Assembly (NCBI GenBank): GCA_964507325.1
Contig: CAZDQL010000009.1
Span: 3,853 to 67,852 of the forward strand
Length of the DNA stretch: 64,000 bases
Reading direction: 5' to 3'
DNA from: an uncultured Planctomycetaceae bacterium
GTDB taxonomy: Bacteria > Planctomycetota > UBA1135 > GCA-002686595
Made by a program: the position numbers and the translations under genes. The notes beneath the pieces are model-generated. The model searched no databases. It saw nothing but the letters and a program-made list of their open reading frames with translations, and was not told where the DNA came from. This document shows positions 29,140 through 38,861 of the stretch, piece after piece (position 1 is the first letter of the stretch; each line of letters opens with the position of its first letter).

Positions 29140-30795
29140 TCAATGCGGGTCATGGCTGGCCGGCGGCACGACGACCTGCTCGCGGAGCTCCGCGAACGCC
29201 TCGGAGATGCGCCGGCCGACCTCGTTCTCCTCGTCGACGACGTGGTGTGCACCGGCCGCCTCCAGGGCGGCGAGCGAACGGTGGAAGCGGCCGCGCACCA
29301 GGGTGAAGACCTCGGGCGCCGAGGTCCGGACCATGCGTACGAGGCGTAGCGCCGTCTCCGCGTCGGGAACGGTCGAGACGAGGAAGGAGGCGCTCGCGAG
29401 ACCCGCGTGCTCGAGCACCTCGGCGTGCGTCGCGTCCCCCGTGACCGCGTCGTAGCCGAGGCGGCGGGCGTCCTCCGCGGCGCGCGGGTTGCGCTCCACG
29501 ACGACGACGTGGCAGGCGTGCTCGTCGATGCGCTCGGCGCTGGCGCGGCCCGCGGGCCCGAATCCGACGACGATCGCGACCGCCTCGCCCTTCTCACGCC
29601 GGACGTCGCCGTGGGGCTCGCGCCCCTTCCCCCGCGCGACGCGCGCCGCGACGTGGGGCGCGAGGGCCACCAGGTACGGCGTGACCAGCATCGTGATCAC
29701 GGCGACGGAGACGACCAGCAGGAACAGGTCCCCGTCGAGCAGGGTGCCGCGGCTGATGTCCGCGAGCACGAACGAGAACTCGCCGACCTGCGCGACGCAC
29801 AGCCCGGTGGCGAGGGCGGCGGGGCCGGTCGCGCCGAGCGCGCGCAGGCCGGCCCAGACGAGTGTCGACTTGACCGCGATCACGCCGACGACGGACGCGG
29901 CGACGAGCCCGGCGTTGTCCGCGATCCAGCCCGGGTCGGAGAGCATCCCGATGCCCGTGAAGAAGAGCGTCAAGAGCAGCGTCTTCAGGGATCCGACGTC
30001 GGCGCGCACCTGGATGGCGAAGGGCGACTCCGCCAGCAGCATCCCGGCGATGAAGGTGGCGAGCGCCGGCGACACGCCAGCAGCGTGCGCTGCGACGCCC
30101 GACCCGAGCCCCGACACGATGGCGACGAGCAGCGACAGCTCGCGGTTCGCGTGTAGCGCGTTCGTGCGCAAGAGGCGCGGGACGAGGTGGTAGAAGACGA
30201 CGTACAGGACGACGACCTGCGCGAGACCGATGCCGAGCGTGCGCATTGCCCGTAGCAGGATCTCGCTCGCCGGCCCCCCCTCGCCCAGCACCGTCACGAG
30301 CACCACCAGAGGGACGACGGCCATGTCCTGGACCAGCAGGATGCCGAGCGCGCGCTCCCCGTGGATACTCTCGACCTCGGCGCGCGAGGTCAGCACACGC
30401 AGCACGCATGCGGTGCTCGACAGCGCAAGGATCGCGCCCATCGCGATGGCGGTCGCAAGGGAGAGCCCGGTGCCTGCGGCGATCGTAGCACCCACGCCCA
30501 GCGTCACAGTGACCTGCACGACCCCGCCGCCGAGCGCGATGCGTCCCATGGCGCGCAGGCGCGACCAGGAGAACTCGAGCCCGATCGCGAAGAGCAGCAG
30601 GGCGACACCGAGCTCCGAGAGGGCGAGAACCTCCTCGCTGCTGTCGATCGCATGCAGCGCGTTGGGGCCGAGCAGCGCACCCGCGACGAGGTAGCCGACG
30701 ATCGCGCTCTGCCGCAGGCGCTCCGCGAGCGCGCCGAGCAGCGCGCCCGCCCCGAGCAGGATCACGACGTCGAGGAGGACCTCCCAGATGTCCAT
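29140..30795 (-). CDS. Kef-type monovalent cation:proton antiporter (CPA2 family) with C-terminal TrkA-N/KTN NAD-binding domain
   Basis: 551 aa. The N-terminal approximately 12 TM helices form a Na_H_Exchanger-type core. The C-terminus has a Rossmann motif AVAIVVGFGPAGRASAERIDEHACHVVVVERNP...LGYDAVTGDATHAEVLE. Confidence 0.85.
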   Translation of the reverse strand: MDIWEVLLDVVILLGAGALLGALAERLRQSAIVGYLVAGALLGPNALHAIDSSEEVLALSELGVALLLFAIGLEFSWSRLRAMGRIALGGGVVQVTVTLGVGATIAAGTGLSLATAIAMGAILALSSTACVLRVLTSRAEVESIHGERALGILLVQDMAVVPLVVLVTVLGEGGPASEILLRAMRTLGIGLAQVVVLYVVFYHLVPRLLRTNALHANRELSLLVAIVSGLGSGVAAHAAGVSPALATFIAGMLLAESPFAIQVRADVGSLKTLLLTLFFTGIGMLSDPGWIADNAGLVAASVVGVIAVKSTLVWAGLRALGATGPAALATGLCVAQVGEFSFVLADISRGTLLDGDLFLLVVSVAVITMLVTPYLVALAPHVAARVARGKGREPHGDVRREKGEAVAIVVGFGPAGRASAERIDEHACHVVVVERNPRAAEDARRLGYDAVTGDATHAEVLEHAGLASASFLVSTVPDAETALRLVRMVRTSAPEVFTLVRGRFHRSLAALEAAGAHHVVDEENEVGRRISEAFAELREQVVVPPASHDPH

Positions 30796-31012
30796 GGGTG
30801 CGCCCTACATGCAGGAATGGGCGTCCCCTGTCGAGGGTGGGGGATTGGGACCCCGGATCGGATCCGCGCAGCACCCTCCGGCAGGGCCAGGACCGCTCCT
30901 ACGAGCCCGACCGCCACGGGTCGCCACCCCCAATTCCGAGTCCTATCCGCTTGTCGCACAAGGACTTAGAGCGATCGGCTCAATTCTCCTGGGGTCCCGA
31001 GGGCAGGGAGCG

Positions 31013-31043
31013 CGATAATTGTGCTAGTCTACGCAAACACTAG
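31013..31043 (+). promoter_or_regulatory. AT-rich promoter -10 (GATAAT) followed by an imperfect palindrome (CTAGTCTACGCAAACACTAGAG), candidate GntR operator
   Basis: This is a local GC drop in an otherwise 70% GC window. GATAAT lies at 31013-31018. The CTAG...GTCTAC...CTAG element with a GT..AC core lies immediately downstream, about 30-60 nt upstream of the GntR start. Confidence 0.35.
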
Positions 31044-31071
31044 AGAACTACAGCACTCAACTCTCACCACC

Positions 31072-31449
31072 TTGAAGTTCCGGATCGACAGAGGAAGCGG
31101 CGTGCCCTTCTACCGCCAGGTCATCGAGCAGACGCAGTCCGCGATCACGAGCGGCGAGCTGCAGCCGGGCGACCAGTTGCCCACGGTGCGCCAGCTGGCC
31201 GTCGAGCTCTCGATCAACCCCAACACGGTCATCCGCGCGTACCGCGAGCTGGAGATCAAGGGGGTGCTGGACACCCAGCAGGGTTCGGGGACGTACGTCG
31301 GGAGCGCCAAGCCTGCGGGCGATCCGCAGGAGCGGCGTCGCATCCTCGACCAGATCGTCACCGAGATGCTGGCGCGAGCGTCCGACTACGGGTTCTCACT
31401 GGATGAAATCGCACGTGCGCTGAAGCGGCGCAAGGAGACGACGTCATGA
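31072..31449 (+). CDS. GntR-family transcriptional regulator, short YtrA-like subfamily
   Basis: (L)KFRIDRGSGVPFYRQVIEQTQSAITSGELQPGDQLPTVRQLAVELSINPNTVIRAYRELEIKGVL is a winged HTH of GntR type. The TTG start at 31072 is preferred, because the ORF-track ATG at 31021 sits inside the putative promoter/operator. Its stop overlaps the next ATG (ATGA). Confidence 0.75.
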   Translation: MKFRIDRGSGVPFYRQVIEQTQSAITSGELQPGDQLPTVRQLAVELSINPNTVIRAYRELEIKGVLDTQQGSGTYVGSAKPAGDPQERRRILDQIVTEMLARASDYGFSLDEIARALKRRKETTS

Positions 31450-32555
31450 CGAGCGATAGCAACGCATTCTCGCTGGAGAGGTTCGCCACCACCGCGCGCG
31501 CGGACTTTCGCTTCGCCCCGCTCAACGCCCTGCTCTTGGTGGGGTTGAGCGTGGGCGGCCTGGCCGTCCATCTCAGCCTCTACGGCTTCGACGTGGATGC
31601 AATCGGATTGTGCCTGGGGTCGGCTCTCTCGCTGGTGGTCTGCCTGCGACTGGCGCAGATCTGGGAGACGGTGGTCGTCCTGGGCACGATATGCTGCCTC
31701 GGGACCTACCTGGTCCTGCAACCGAATAGCGAAGTGCTGGTGATCACCTGCGCTCTCGCGGTGCTGATCGCCCCCTCTGTGCAGATCGCCTACCAGTGGG
31801 AACGCGCGGTGCTCTTGCGCTTCGGCAAGTTCCGCGGCCTACGCCCCCCGGGGCTGTTCGTGCTGTTCCCCATACTGGACAAGGTCGCGCAGTTCGTCGA
31901 TCAGCGGGTGCGAGTCACCGACTTCAGCGCCGAGACGACGCTCACCGCGGACACCGTCCCGGTGAACGTCGATGCGATCGCCTTCTGGATGATTTGGGAT
32001 GCCGAGAAGGCGGTGCTGGAGGTGGAGCGCTACGAGCGAGCGGTGGTGCTCTCCGCCCAGACCGCGCTGCGCAACGCGATCGGCAAGAACGACCTCGCCA
32101 GCCTGCTCTCCGAGCGCGATCGCCTGGGAGAGGAGATCCAGCGCATCCTGGACGAGAAGACCAACCACTGGGGGGTCACCACCCAGGCGGTGGAGATCCG
32201 CGACATCGTCATCCCCAAGGGCCTCGAGGACGCCATGTCCCGCCAGGCACAGGCCGAGCGCGAGCGCCAGAGCCGCATCATCTTGGGCACCGCAGAGACC
32301 GAGATCGCGGAGAAGTTCGCCCGCGCCTCCGACCACTACCAGAACAACCCCGTGGCCCTGCACCTGCGTGCCATGAACATGGTCTTCGAAGGCCTGCGCA
32401 AGAAGGGCTCGATGATCATCGTGCCCTCTTCGGCGGTCGAGACGATGGGACTGGGCGCCCTGGGCGGATTGACCTCCTTCGGGCATACGGCCAAGCTGGA
32501 GGAACAGGGCCCGCCCACCGGGACGGATATGGAGCAGGGCGCCGAAGAGCATTGA
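31446..32555 (+). CDS. SPFH/band-7 (stomatin/HflKC-like) domain membrane protein with extended N-terminal membrane region
   Basis: An N-terminal region of about 120 aa carries 3-4 TM segments. The SPFH core follows: VLLRFGKFRGLRPPGLFVLFPILDKV...TADTVPVNVDAIAFWMIWDAEKAV...LRNAIGKNDLASLLSERDRLGEEIQRILDEKTNHWGV...AMSRQAQAERERQSRII. It is translationally coupled to the GntR gene. Confidence 0.85.
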   Translation: MTSDSNAFSLERFATTARADFRFAPLNALLLVGLSVGGLAVHLSLYGFDVDAIGLCLGSALSLVVCLRLAQIWETVVVLGTICCLGTYLVLQPNSEVLVITCALAVLIAPSVQIAYQWERAVLLRFGKFRGLRPPGLFVLFPILDKVAQFVDQRVRVTDFSAETTLTADTVPVNVDAIAFWMIWDAEKAVLEVERYERAVVLSAQTALRNAIGKNDLASLLSERDRLGEEIQRILDEKTNHWGVTTQAVEIRDIVIPKGLEDAMSRQAQAERERQSRIILGTAETEIAEKFARASDHYQNNPVALHLRAMNMVFEGLRKKGSMIIVPSSAVETMGLGALGGLTSFGHTAKLEEQGPPTGTDMEQGAEEH

Positions 32556-32600
32556 GCATGCCCGTACCACTGGCCTGGCCAGCGCCACGCTCGTGCAGCG

Positions 32601-34826
32601 TCAATCCGACTCGCGCGCAAGCCGTCGCGCCCGATCCATCGCCGGATCGCGGCCGCCAAGCATGTCCTCTACCGTGCGCTGGACTACGTGGTCGGGCTGC
32701 ACGCCGACGCCGGGTGGTAGACCCGTGACGGCCGCCTGGTAGGTGGTGCGCGCGATCTTCACGCGGATGTTCGTGGCGGGCAGGGTGATCTCCTTGGAGT
32801 TGTCGTTGCAGGTCCAGGTGGCGCCCGACTCCTCGCCGATGAGCACGACGCGCCCCTGTTGATCGAGGAGCGAGAGCACGTGGCCCGCGGTCGAGGTGTT
32901 GCGCCCTCCGATCAGGACGAAGATCCGGCCGTGGAAGAAGTGCTCCGCCGGCTCGCGTGCCTGCGTGAAAGAGCGCAGGGCGAGCGCGTCCAGCACGGAG
33001 TTCTGCTCGGGATCGAGACGGAAGTACACGTACGGCTCGTCGGTCAGGTAGGAGACCAGCTCCGAACCGCGCTCCGGATCCCCGCCCGCGTTGGGGCGTA
33101 GGTCCACTATCAGGTTCCCGATGCCCTCTTCCCCGATGCGGACGAAAAACTCCTCCAGCTCGCGCGAGAACTCCTCCGGCTGGGAGGGGCGGAAGTTCGG
33201 GTGGAGCAGGATGGCCAGGTCCTCGTCGGGCAGGATCTGCGTCTCCAGCTCGTCGAGCGGCCAGCCCGGAGCTCGAGGACCGAACTCGTCGACGGCGGCA
33301 CGCCACTGCGCGAAGCTCAGTGCCGGGACCGACAGCTCGTGCACCTGGTCGGATCCCGGCGTGCGCACGCGCAGCGCGAAGCGCTCGGGGCTGCCGAAGT
33401 GCGTGGCGTAGTGCAGATGGAAGCGCCAGTTCAGCTCCCACAGGGGCAGCGTCCGGATGTGCCCGTCCGCGGGAATGACAGCGACGAGCTGGTTGATGAT
33501 GGCGCGTGCCGGCCGACCATCGATCTCGAGCAGCTCGGTCCCGGGGACCAGGAGCGAGCTCTCGCGCGCCGCCGTCTGGTCGACGTAGGAGGTGCGCACC
33601 CACAAGCGTCCATCGATCACCTGCGGATCCACTGGCAGGAAGGTCGAGGAGTGCATGCGCGCCGCGTAGTGCGGCCCACGCAGCTGAATGCGGGTGTGTG
33701 AGCAGTGGACACGCGCGACCACGGGACCGATCAATGTCTCGAATTCGAGCGGCGTCATCGGCGCGTCGACGCGCGCCAGGGTCTCGTCGAAGAGGCGATC
33801 GATCTCCTCCTGGCTCTCGTACACGTAGAGAGCGGGGTGCCACTCCTCGAGCGTCCTGCGCAGCAGCGCGAAGTCCTCGCGCAGTGCCCCCGCGTCCACG
33901 GGTCTGCGGAAGGGGCTCGGCCCGGTGACGAGCTCGATCAATCCGTTGGGAATGACGAAGGCGAAGTCGTAGTGGACGAGCTTCCAGCCGTCGGCCTCGC
34001 GACGCAGCAGGCCGGAGCCGCGCATTTCGCAGAGCGACGGCTTGTCCAGCCGCGCGTCGAACCAGGCAAAACGGCCGTCCTCGCTCTCGGTGGCGTTCAC
34101 GGCGACGAGCTCGGTCTCGAGCCCTTGCCCGCTCGCGAACCAGGACTCGAGCGCTCGGCGCACCTGTTCGCGCGTGAAGCGCTCGCCGACGTCGCTCCCG
34201 AGGATCACGGCCTCCTGCGCCAGGTAGCCGAGGTAGCCCTCCAAGTCCGCCTCCCGGCCCGCGCGGTGGAACGCGTCCAGCATCGCGGCGGGCTCGGAGT
34301 CCGCGGGGATCGAGCGGGCCGGCCGGGGCAGCAGCCCGCGTACCTTCTTCGCGAGCTCCGCGACGCGCTCGTTCGGCACCGGGAAGGTGGCGTTGACGAG
34401 CACCAGCTTCCAGCCTTCCGCGTCGCGACGCAGCACCCCACTCACCCGAAACTCCGCGCCGTTCGCCCGGTGCAGCCTCTCGTCGAACCAGGCGGTCGTG
34501 CCGTCCGCCGAGACGCCGACGTTCTGCTCGTAGGGCACGGTCTTCCACCCCTGTCCCGCAGCGAAGCCCGGCTGCACCAGGGCGCGGAACTGCTCGACGG
34601 TGAAGCGCTCGCCCGGCGCGGATCCGAGCAGGATCGCGTCCTCGCGGAGGCAGCCGAAGTACCGTTCCCCGTCCGCGTCGGCCGCGGCGTCGTGGAAGTT
34701 GGTCAGGAGCGCCTCGACCTGGGTGCGCAGCTCATCAGTCCGTGCCGCAGCCTGAGGGAAGGCGGATCTGGTGACCGCAAGCGTGCCGATGAGCAGCCAG
34801 CAGGCAGCACGTAGAGAAGCATGCAT
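32601..34826 (-). CDS. secreted S41-family (C-terminal processing/tail-specific-like) peptidase with two to three N-terminal NTF2-like (SnoaL/DUF4440-like) domains
   Basis: Signal peptide MHASLRAACWLLIGTLAVTRSAFPQAAA. Two repeats of the NTF2-like pattern are present (FHDAAADADGERYFGCLREDAILLGS...WKLVLVNATFPVPN; FHRAGREADLEGYLGYLAQEAVILGS...WKLVHYDFAFVIPN). The C-terminal S41 core is GNLIVDLRPNAGGD...RIFVLIGGRNTSTAGHVLSL...VVLIGEESGAT. Confidence 0.7.
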   Translation of the reverse strand: MHASLRAACWLLIGTLAVTRSAFPQAAARTDELRTQVEALLTNFHDAAADADGERYFGCLREDAILLGSAPGERFTVEQFRALVQPGFAAGQGWKTVPYEQNVGVSADGTTAWFDERLHRANGAEFRVSGVLRRDAEGWKLVLVNATFPVPNERVAELAKKVRGLLPRPARSIPADSEPAAMLDAFHRAGREADLEGYLGYLAQEAVILGSDVGERFTREQVRRALESWFASGQGLETELVAVNATESEDGRFAWFDARLDKPSLCEMRGSGLLRREADGWKLVHYDFAFVIPNGLIELVTGPSPFRRPVDAGALREDFALLRRTLEEWHPALYVYESQEEIDRLFDETLARVDAPMTPLEFETLIGPVVARVHCSHTRIQLRGPHYAARMHSSTFLPVDPQVIDGRLWVRTSYVDQTAARESSLLVPGTELLEIDGRPARAIINQLVAVIPADGHIRTLPLWELNWRFHLHYATHFGSPERFALRVRTPGSDQVHELSVPALSFAQWRAAVDEFGPRAPGWPLDELETQILPDEDLAILLHPNFRPSQPEEFSRELEEFFVRIGEEGIGNLIVDLRPNAGGDPERGSELVSYLTDEPYVYFRLDPEQNSVLDALALRSFTQAREPAEHFFHGRIFVLIGGRNTSTAGHVLSLLDQQGRVVLIGEESGATWTCNDNSKEITLPATNIRVKIARTTYQAAVTGLPPGVGVQPDHVVQRTVEDMLGGRDPAMDRARRLARESD

Positions 34827-35020
34827 GGTGGGTTCCTCGGGTAAGGCGTCCTTCCGAGGCAGATGCTAGCCGGACAGGCGCTGCAAGGGGGTGGCGACTC
34901 GGCCAGGAGAACGAGGCTCAGAGGGAGAGGCGAGAGAGACGCATGACGCGGGGAGAACGGCGTTGGGCGCGCGTGGGGAGCGGAGGCGACCCCGGGCCAG
35001 TCAGTCCCCGACGACCGCGC

Positions 35021-35067
35021 GCCCAACAGCTATAATCGGGTCCGACGTCGCGACGAACCAGCCCAGG
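35021..35067 (+). promoter_or_regulatory. sigma70-like -10 box TATAAT (35021-35026) plus RBS AGGAG (about 35063-35067) for the FHA-clp operon
   Basis: A perfect TATAAT lies in a 248-bp divergent intergenic region. AGGAG sits 5 nt upstream of the TTG start at 35075. Confidence 0.4.
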
Positions 35068-35074
35068 AGCAGCA

Positions 35075-35470
35075 TTGAGCGAGACACAGCGACCCGAGAA
35101 CCGGGGCAACGTGCTGGAAACCACCACCTTCCACTTGCCACGACCGCGCTTCGCCACCGGGATCGAGCCCGCATGGCAGATGAGCGTCGAGGTCGTGGGC
35201 GGTCCGATGGATGGCACGCGTCGCCGCGTCGAGGGGGACACCCTCACGATCGGCCGCAAGGCCGAGAACGACCTGTGCCTGGCGATGGATCCCAGCGTCT
35301 CGGGGCGCCACGCGCGGCTCGTGCGCGAGGGGCAGACGTTCTGGCTCGAGGACCGCGGTAGCCGCAATGGCACTTTCCTCGGCGACCAGCGGCTCGGGGA
35401 GCGCGTCCCGATCGGGCCCGGCTCCACCTTCATGACCGGTCGGACCCAGATTGACTTCATGCCGCGCTGA
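35075..35470 (+). CDS. FHA-domain protein (phosphothreonine-binding)
   Basis: LTIGRKAENDLCLAMDPSVSGRHARLVREGQTFWLEDRGSRNGTFLGDQRL carries the canonical FHA G-R...S-x-x-H...N-G signature. TTG start; its stop is 2 nt before the clp ATG. Confidence 0.75.
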   Translation: MSETQRPENRGNVLETTTFHLPRPRFATGIEPAWQMSVEVVGGPMDGTRRRVEGDTLTIGRKAENDLCLAMDPSVSGRHARLVREGQTFWLEDRGSRNGTFLGDQRLGERVPIGPGSTFMTGRTQIDFMPR

Positions 35471-35472
35471 CC

Positions 35473-37737
35473 ATGACCCTTCCCCGACTGACTCCCGACG
35501 GAGAGCGCGCTCTCGCCCTTTCCACGCAGACGAGCATCGAGCTGGGCCAGAACTTCCTCGGTGTCGAGCACCTGTTCCTTGCCCTGATCGACGTCGAGCG
35601 CCCGCAGCTGTCGCGCGCGTTCGCCTCGCGTGGGGCGGACTTGGCCGACTTCGCCTCGGCCCTGCGCAGCTCCCTCGCGTCCAGACCCGACGCCGGCGAT
35701 CAGCTCGCCGGACACATCACGCCGCGGTGCAACGAAGTGCTGACGATCGCGGGCGAGCTGGCGGGCCATGTCGACGGCACCGCGGTGGGCTCCCGCCACC
35801 TCCTGGCGGCCATCTTCCGGGAGGGGCGCAGCGTCCCGCTGCGGCTGATGCGAGCGCTGGAGCTGGACGTGCCCGGCATCCGGGAGGCGCTAGCCGAGCT
35901 GCCGGAGCCGGAGCCGGAGCCGGCGGAGGGTACGCCGACGCCGATGCTCGACCGGTTCGGGCGCGACCTGACGGCACTCGCCCGGGGCGGCAAGCTGTCG
36001 CCGGTGATTGGGCGCGAGCAGGAGATGGACCTCGTCGCACAGGTCCTGCTGCGCAAGAACAAGAACAACCCCGTCCTGGTCGGCGAGCCCGGTGTGGGCA
36101 AGACGGCTGTCGTCGAGGGATTCGCACAGCGCCTACTCGCCGTGGACTGCCCCGAGCCCCTGCGCGGCCGGCGCATCGTCGAGCTCTCGCTCGGGGGGCT
36201 CGTCGCCGGGACCAAGTACCGGGGCGAGTTCGAGGAGCGTCTGTTGCAGATCACGAAGGAGCTCCAGGAGCATCCGGAGATCGTCGTCTTCCTGGACGAA
36301 GTCCACGCCCTCGTGGGGGCGGGCGCGACGGGCGGAGGGGACTCCCTGGACGCGGCGAACATCATCAAGCCGGCGCTCGCGCGCGGCGAAATCAGCTGCG
36401 TCGGTGCGACGACGATCGCGGAGTACCGCCGCTACATCGAGAAGGACTCGGCGCTCGAGCGACGCTTCGAGAAGATCCTGATCGAAGAACCGTCAGTCGA
36501 GGAGGCGCTCGAGATTCTGCGCCGCGTAGGCCCAGGGCTCGAGATGCACCACGGCCTGCGGATCGATCCGGGCGCGCTGGAGGCGGCGGTCGAGCTGACC
36601 GTGCGGCACGTCTTCGACCGCCGTCTGCCGGACAAGGCGCTCGACGCGGTGGACCAGTCCTGCGCGCGCAAGAGGCTCGAACGCTACCGCACCCCGGAGG
36701 GCAGTGGTGCGCCGGGTGGGGACGTGGTGGGCAGGGAGGACGTCGAGGCCACCGTCTCGCAGTGGACCGGGATTCCGCTGGAGCGTGTCTCGGGCGAGGC
36801 CGCTCAGGGCATCTTGAACCTGGAGAGCGAACTGCGTGAGCTCGTCCTCGGGCAGGAGGCCGCGGTGCGCGCTGTGGCGCGCACGATCCTGACCGCCAAG
36901 GCGGGCCTGGCGGATCCGAAGCGCCCGATGGGCGTCTTCTTCCTCGCCGGACCCACGGGCGTCGGCAAGACCCACCTCTCCAAGAGCCTGGCCGAGGTGC
37001 TCTTCGGGGATGAGCGGCGCCTGGTGCGCGTCGACATGTCCGAGTACATGCAGGAGCACGCCGTCTCGAACCTGATCGGCGCGCCCCCCGGCTATGTCGG
37101 TCACGAGCGCGAGGGTCTCCTGATCTCGGCGCTGCGCACGCACCCCCACTGCGTGGTCCTGTTCGACGAGGCCGAGAAGGCACACCCCAAGGTCTTCGAC
37201 CTGTTCCTGCAGATCTTCGACGAGGGGCGCCTGATGGGGACCCACGGCAAGGCCGCGGACTTCACGCAGAGCGTTGTCATCCTGACATCGAACCTCGACG
37301 TGACCCCCGCGCCCGCGCGCTCCGTCGGGTTCTCGAGCGGCGAGGAGGCGCAGCCGGCGGTCGACCCGCGCGCGACGCTGGCGGAGATACTGCGGCCGGA
37401 GCTCGTCAACCGCATCGACGAGGTGATCGTCTTCGAGCGCCTCACCGGGGACGCTCTCCGGCGCATCGTCGACGGCTACCTGAAGGACATCGAGGAGCGC
37501 CTCGAGGAGCGCAACGTGCGGCTCGAGCTCACGCCCGAGGTCTACGATCACCTCCTGCAGCAAGCGGACACGGACGCGTTCGGTGCGCGCGAGCTGCGGC
37601 GGCTGGTCGACCGACTCGTGCGCCAACCCCTGGCCGAGAAGATACTCGGGCTGAAGACGGACGGCGGCGTCGTGCGCGTGGCCCTGAAGGAGGACGGCCT
37701 CGCGTTCGAGACGGCCTCGCGGAGCCCGGCGCTCTAG
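35473..37737 (+). CDS. ClpA/ClpC-type AAA+ unfoldase (Clp N-domain + two AAA modules, no ClpB-type M-domain)
   Basis: 754 aa. The Clp_N repeat has [27 protein letters not shown]1 Walker A is [14 protein letters not shown]2 Walker A is [16 protein letters not shown] with sensor/arginine fingers. A short D1-D2 linker makes it ClpA-sized. A candidate ClpP-docking loop SVGFSSGE is present. Confidence 0.9.
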   Translation: MTLPRLTPDGERALALSTQTSIELGQNFLGVEHLFLALIDVERPQLSRAFASRGADLADFASALRSSLASRPDAGDQLAGHITPRCNEVLTIAGELAGHVDGTAVGSRHLLAAIFREGRSVPLRLMRALELDVPGIREALAELPEPEPEPAEGTPTPMLDRFGRDLTALARGGKLSPVIGREQEMDLVAQVLLRKNKNNPVLVGEPGVGKTAVVEGFAQRLLAVDCPEPLRGRRIVELSLGGLVAGTKYRGEFEERLLQITKELQEHPEIVVFLDEVHALVGAGATGGGDSLDAANIIKPALARGEISCVGATTIAEYRRYIEKDSALERRFEKILIEEPSVEEALEILRRVGPGLEMHHGLRIDPGALEAAVELTVRHVFDRRLPDKALDAVDQSCARKRLERYRTPEGSGAPGGDVVGREDVEATVSQWTGIPLERVSGEAAQGILNLESELRELVLGQEAAVRAVARTILTAKAGLADPKRPMGVFFLAGPTGVGKTHLSKSLAEVLFGDERRLVRVDMSEYMQEHAVSNLIGAPPGYVGHEREGLLISALRTHPHCVVLFDEAEKAHPKVFDLFLQIFDEGRLMGTHGKAADFTQSVVILTSNLDVTPAPARSVGFSSGEEAQPAVDPRATLAEILRPELVNRIDEVIVFERLTGDALRRIVDGYLKDIEERLEERNVRLELTPEVYDHLLQQADTDAFGARELRRLVDRLVRQPLAEKILGLKTDGGVVRVALKEDGLAFETASRSPAL

Positions 37738-37807
37738 CAGCGCGGAGCTGGTGCACGGATCACGGCCGAAAGGGCCTCAGAAGTGCGCCAGGCACTACCC
37801 TTGCGGG

Positions 37808-38767
37808 ATGCAGCTCCATCTCGTGCGGCCGTACCAGGTCTTGTCGGTCCTCGCCCTCTCCGGTCTCGGAGGGTGTCTCGCCCCAGCGACGGTGGCCACG
37901 ATCCACGCCACGCAGGAGGGCTCGGCACGGGTCGAGCTGGACGGGGAGCCCTTCGCCACGGTGCACTTCGCGGCCGAGCCACGCCCCTTCGTCCATCCGC
38001 TGTACGCCGCGGGCGGGATGCCCGTCACGCGCAGCTGGCCGATGGCGGTGGCGCCGGGCGAGGCGCAGGACCATCCTCACCACCAGTCCTTCTGGTTCGC
38101 GCACGGGGACGTGAACGGCTTCAACTTCTGGCACCACTCGGGGCGGGACGAGCGCATCGAGCTCGACGGGGAGGTAGCTCTCCTCGAACGCCCCTGCGGC
38201 GCGAAGATCTGCGCGCGGTATCGCTGGCTGGCCGAGGAGCAGCGGCTCGTCTGCACCGAAGAGCGCTGGCTCACCTTCCACCACTACGAGGAAGGTCGCT
38301 ACGTCGACGTCGAGACGACCCTGACCCCCGCGGGCGAGCCGCTGGTCCTGGGAGACACGAAGGAGGGGATCCTGGCCCTGCGCCTGCACCCTGCCCTGCG
38401 CCTCGAGGGCGAGGTGGCGGCCGGCTCGATCGTGAACAGCGAGGGCGTGCGCGACGGCGAGTGCTGGGGCAAGCGCGCGGCGTGGGTCGAGTACTCGGGC
38501 CCCATCGACGGCCGGGAGGTGGGCGTGGCCATCTTCGACCATCCGTCGAACGTCCGCCACCCGACGTGGTGGCACGCGCGTGGCTACGGACTCGTCGCCG
38601 CGAACCCCTTCGGGATCGGCGCCTTCGAGGGGCAGCCGCAGGGGACCGGCGACCTGACGGTGGAGGTCGGCGAGTCGATCACCTTCCGCTATCGCATCCT
38701 GATCCACACCGGCGAGTGGACGCCGGCGAGGGTGCAAGCGGCGTACGAGCACTACACGGGCGGGTGA
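37808..38767 (+). CDS. secreted lipoprotein of unknown function; resembles PmoA-family/DUF6807-type proteins
   Basis: Lipobox ALSGLGGC. A His-rich block HPHHQSFWFAHGDVNGFNFWHH is present. There is no catalytic motif I can assign, and the family call is from memory of PF14100-like sequences only. Confidence 0.4.
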   Translation: MQLHLVRPYQVLSVLALSGLGGCLAPATVATIHATQEGSARVELDGEPFATVHFAAEPRPFVHPLYAAGGMPVTRSWPMAVAPGEAQDHPHHQSFWFAHGDVNGFNFWHHSGRDERIELDGEVALLERPCGAKICARYRWLAEEQRLVCTEERWLTFHHYEEGRYVDVETTLTPAGEPLVLGDTKEGILALRLHPALRLEGEVAAGSIVNSEGVRDGECWGKRAAWVEYSGPIDGREVGVAIFDHPSNVRHPTWWHARGYGLVAANPFGIGAFEGQPQGTGDLTVEVGESITFRYRILIHTGEWTPARVQAAYEHYTGG

Positions 38768-38861
38768 AGGGAGCAGCTCTCGCAAGGGCGGAGAGACCGC
38801 ATGCAGGAGAGGTACGGTACGATCCTCCTCCACCCCCTCGAACCCCGATGACTCCGCTCCG

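Noticed and set aside
31021-31071. ATG at 31021 as the GntR start
   Set aside because: It would place the start codon inside the AT-rich -10 and palindrome element. YtrA-type GntR proteins begin close to the (L)KFRIDR segment, so TTG at 31072 was preferred.
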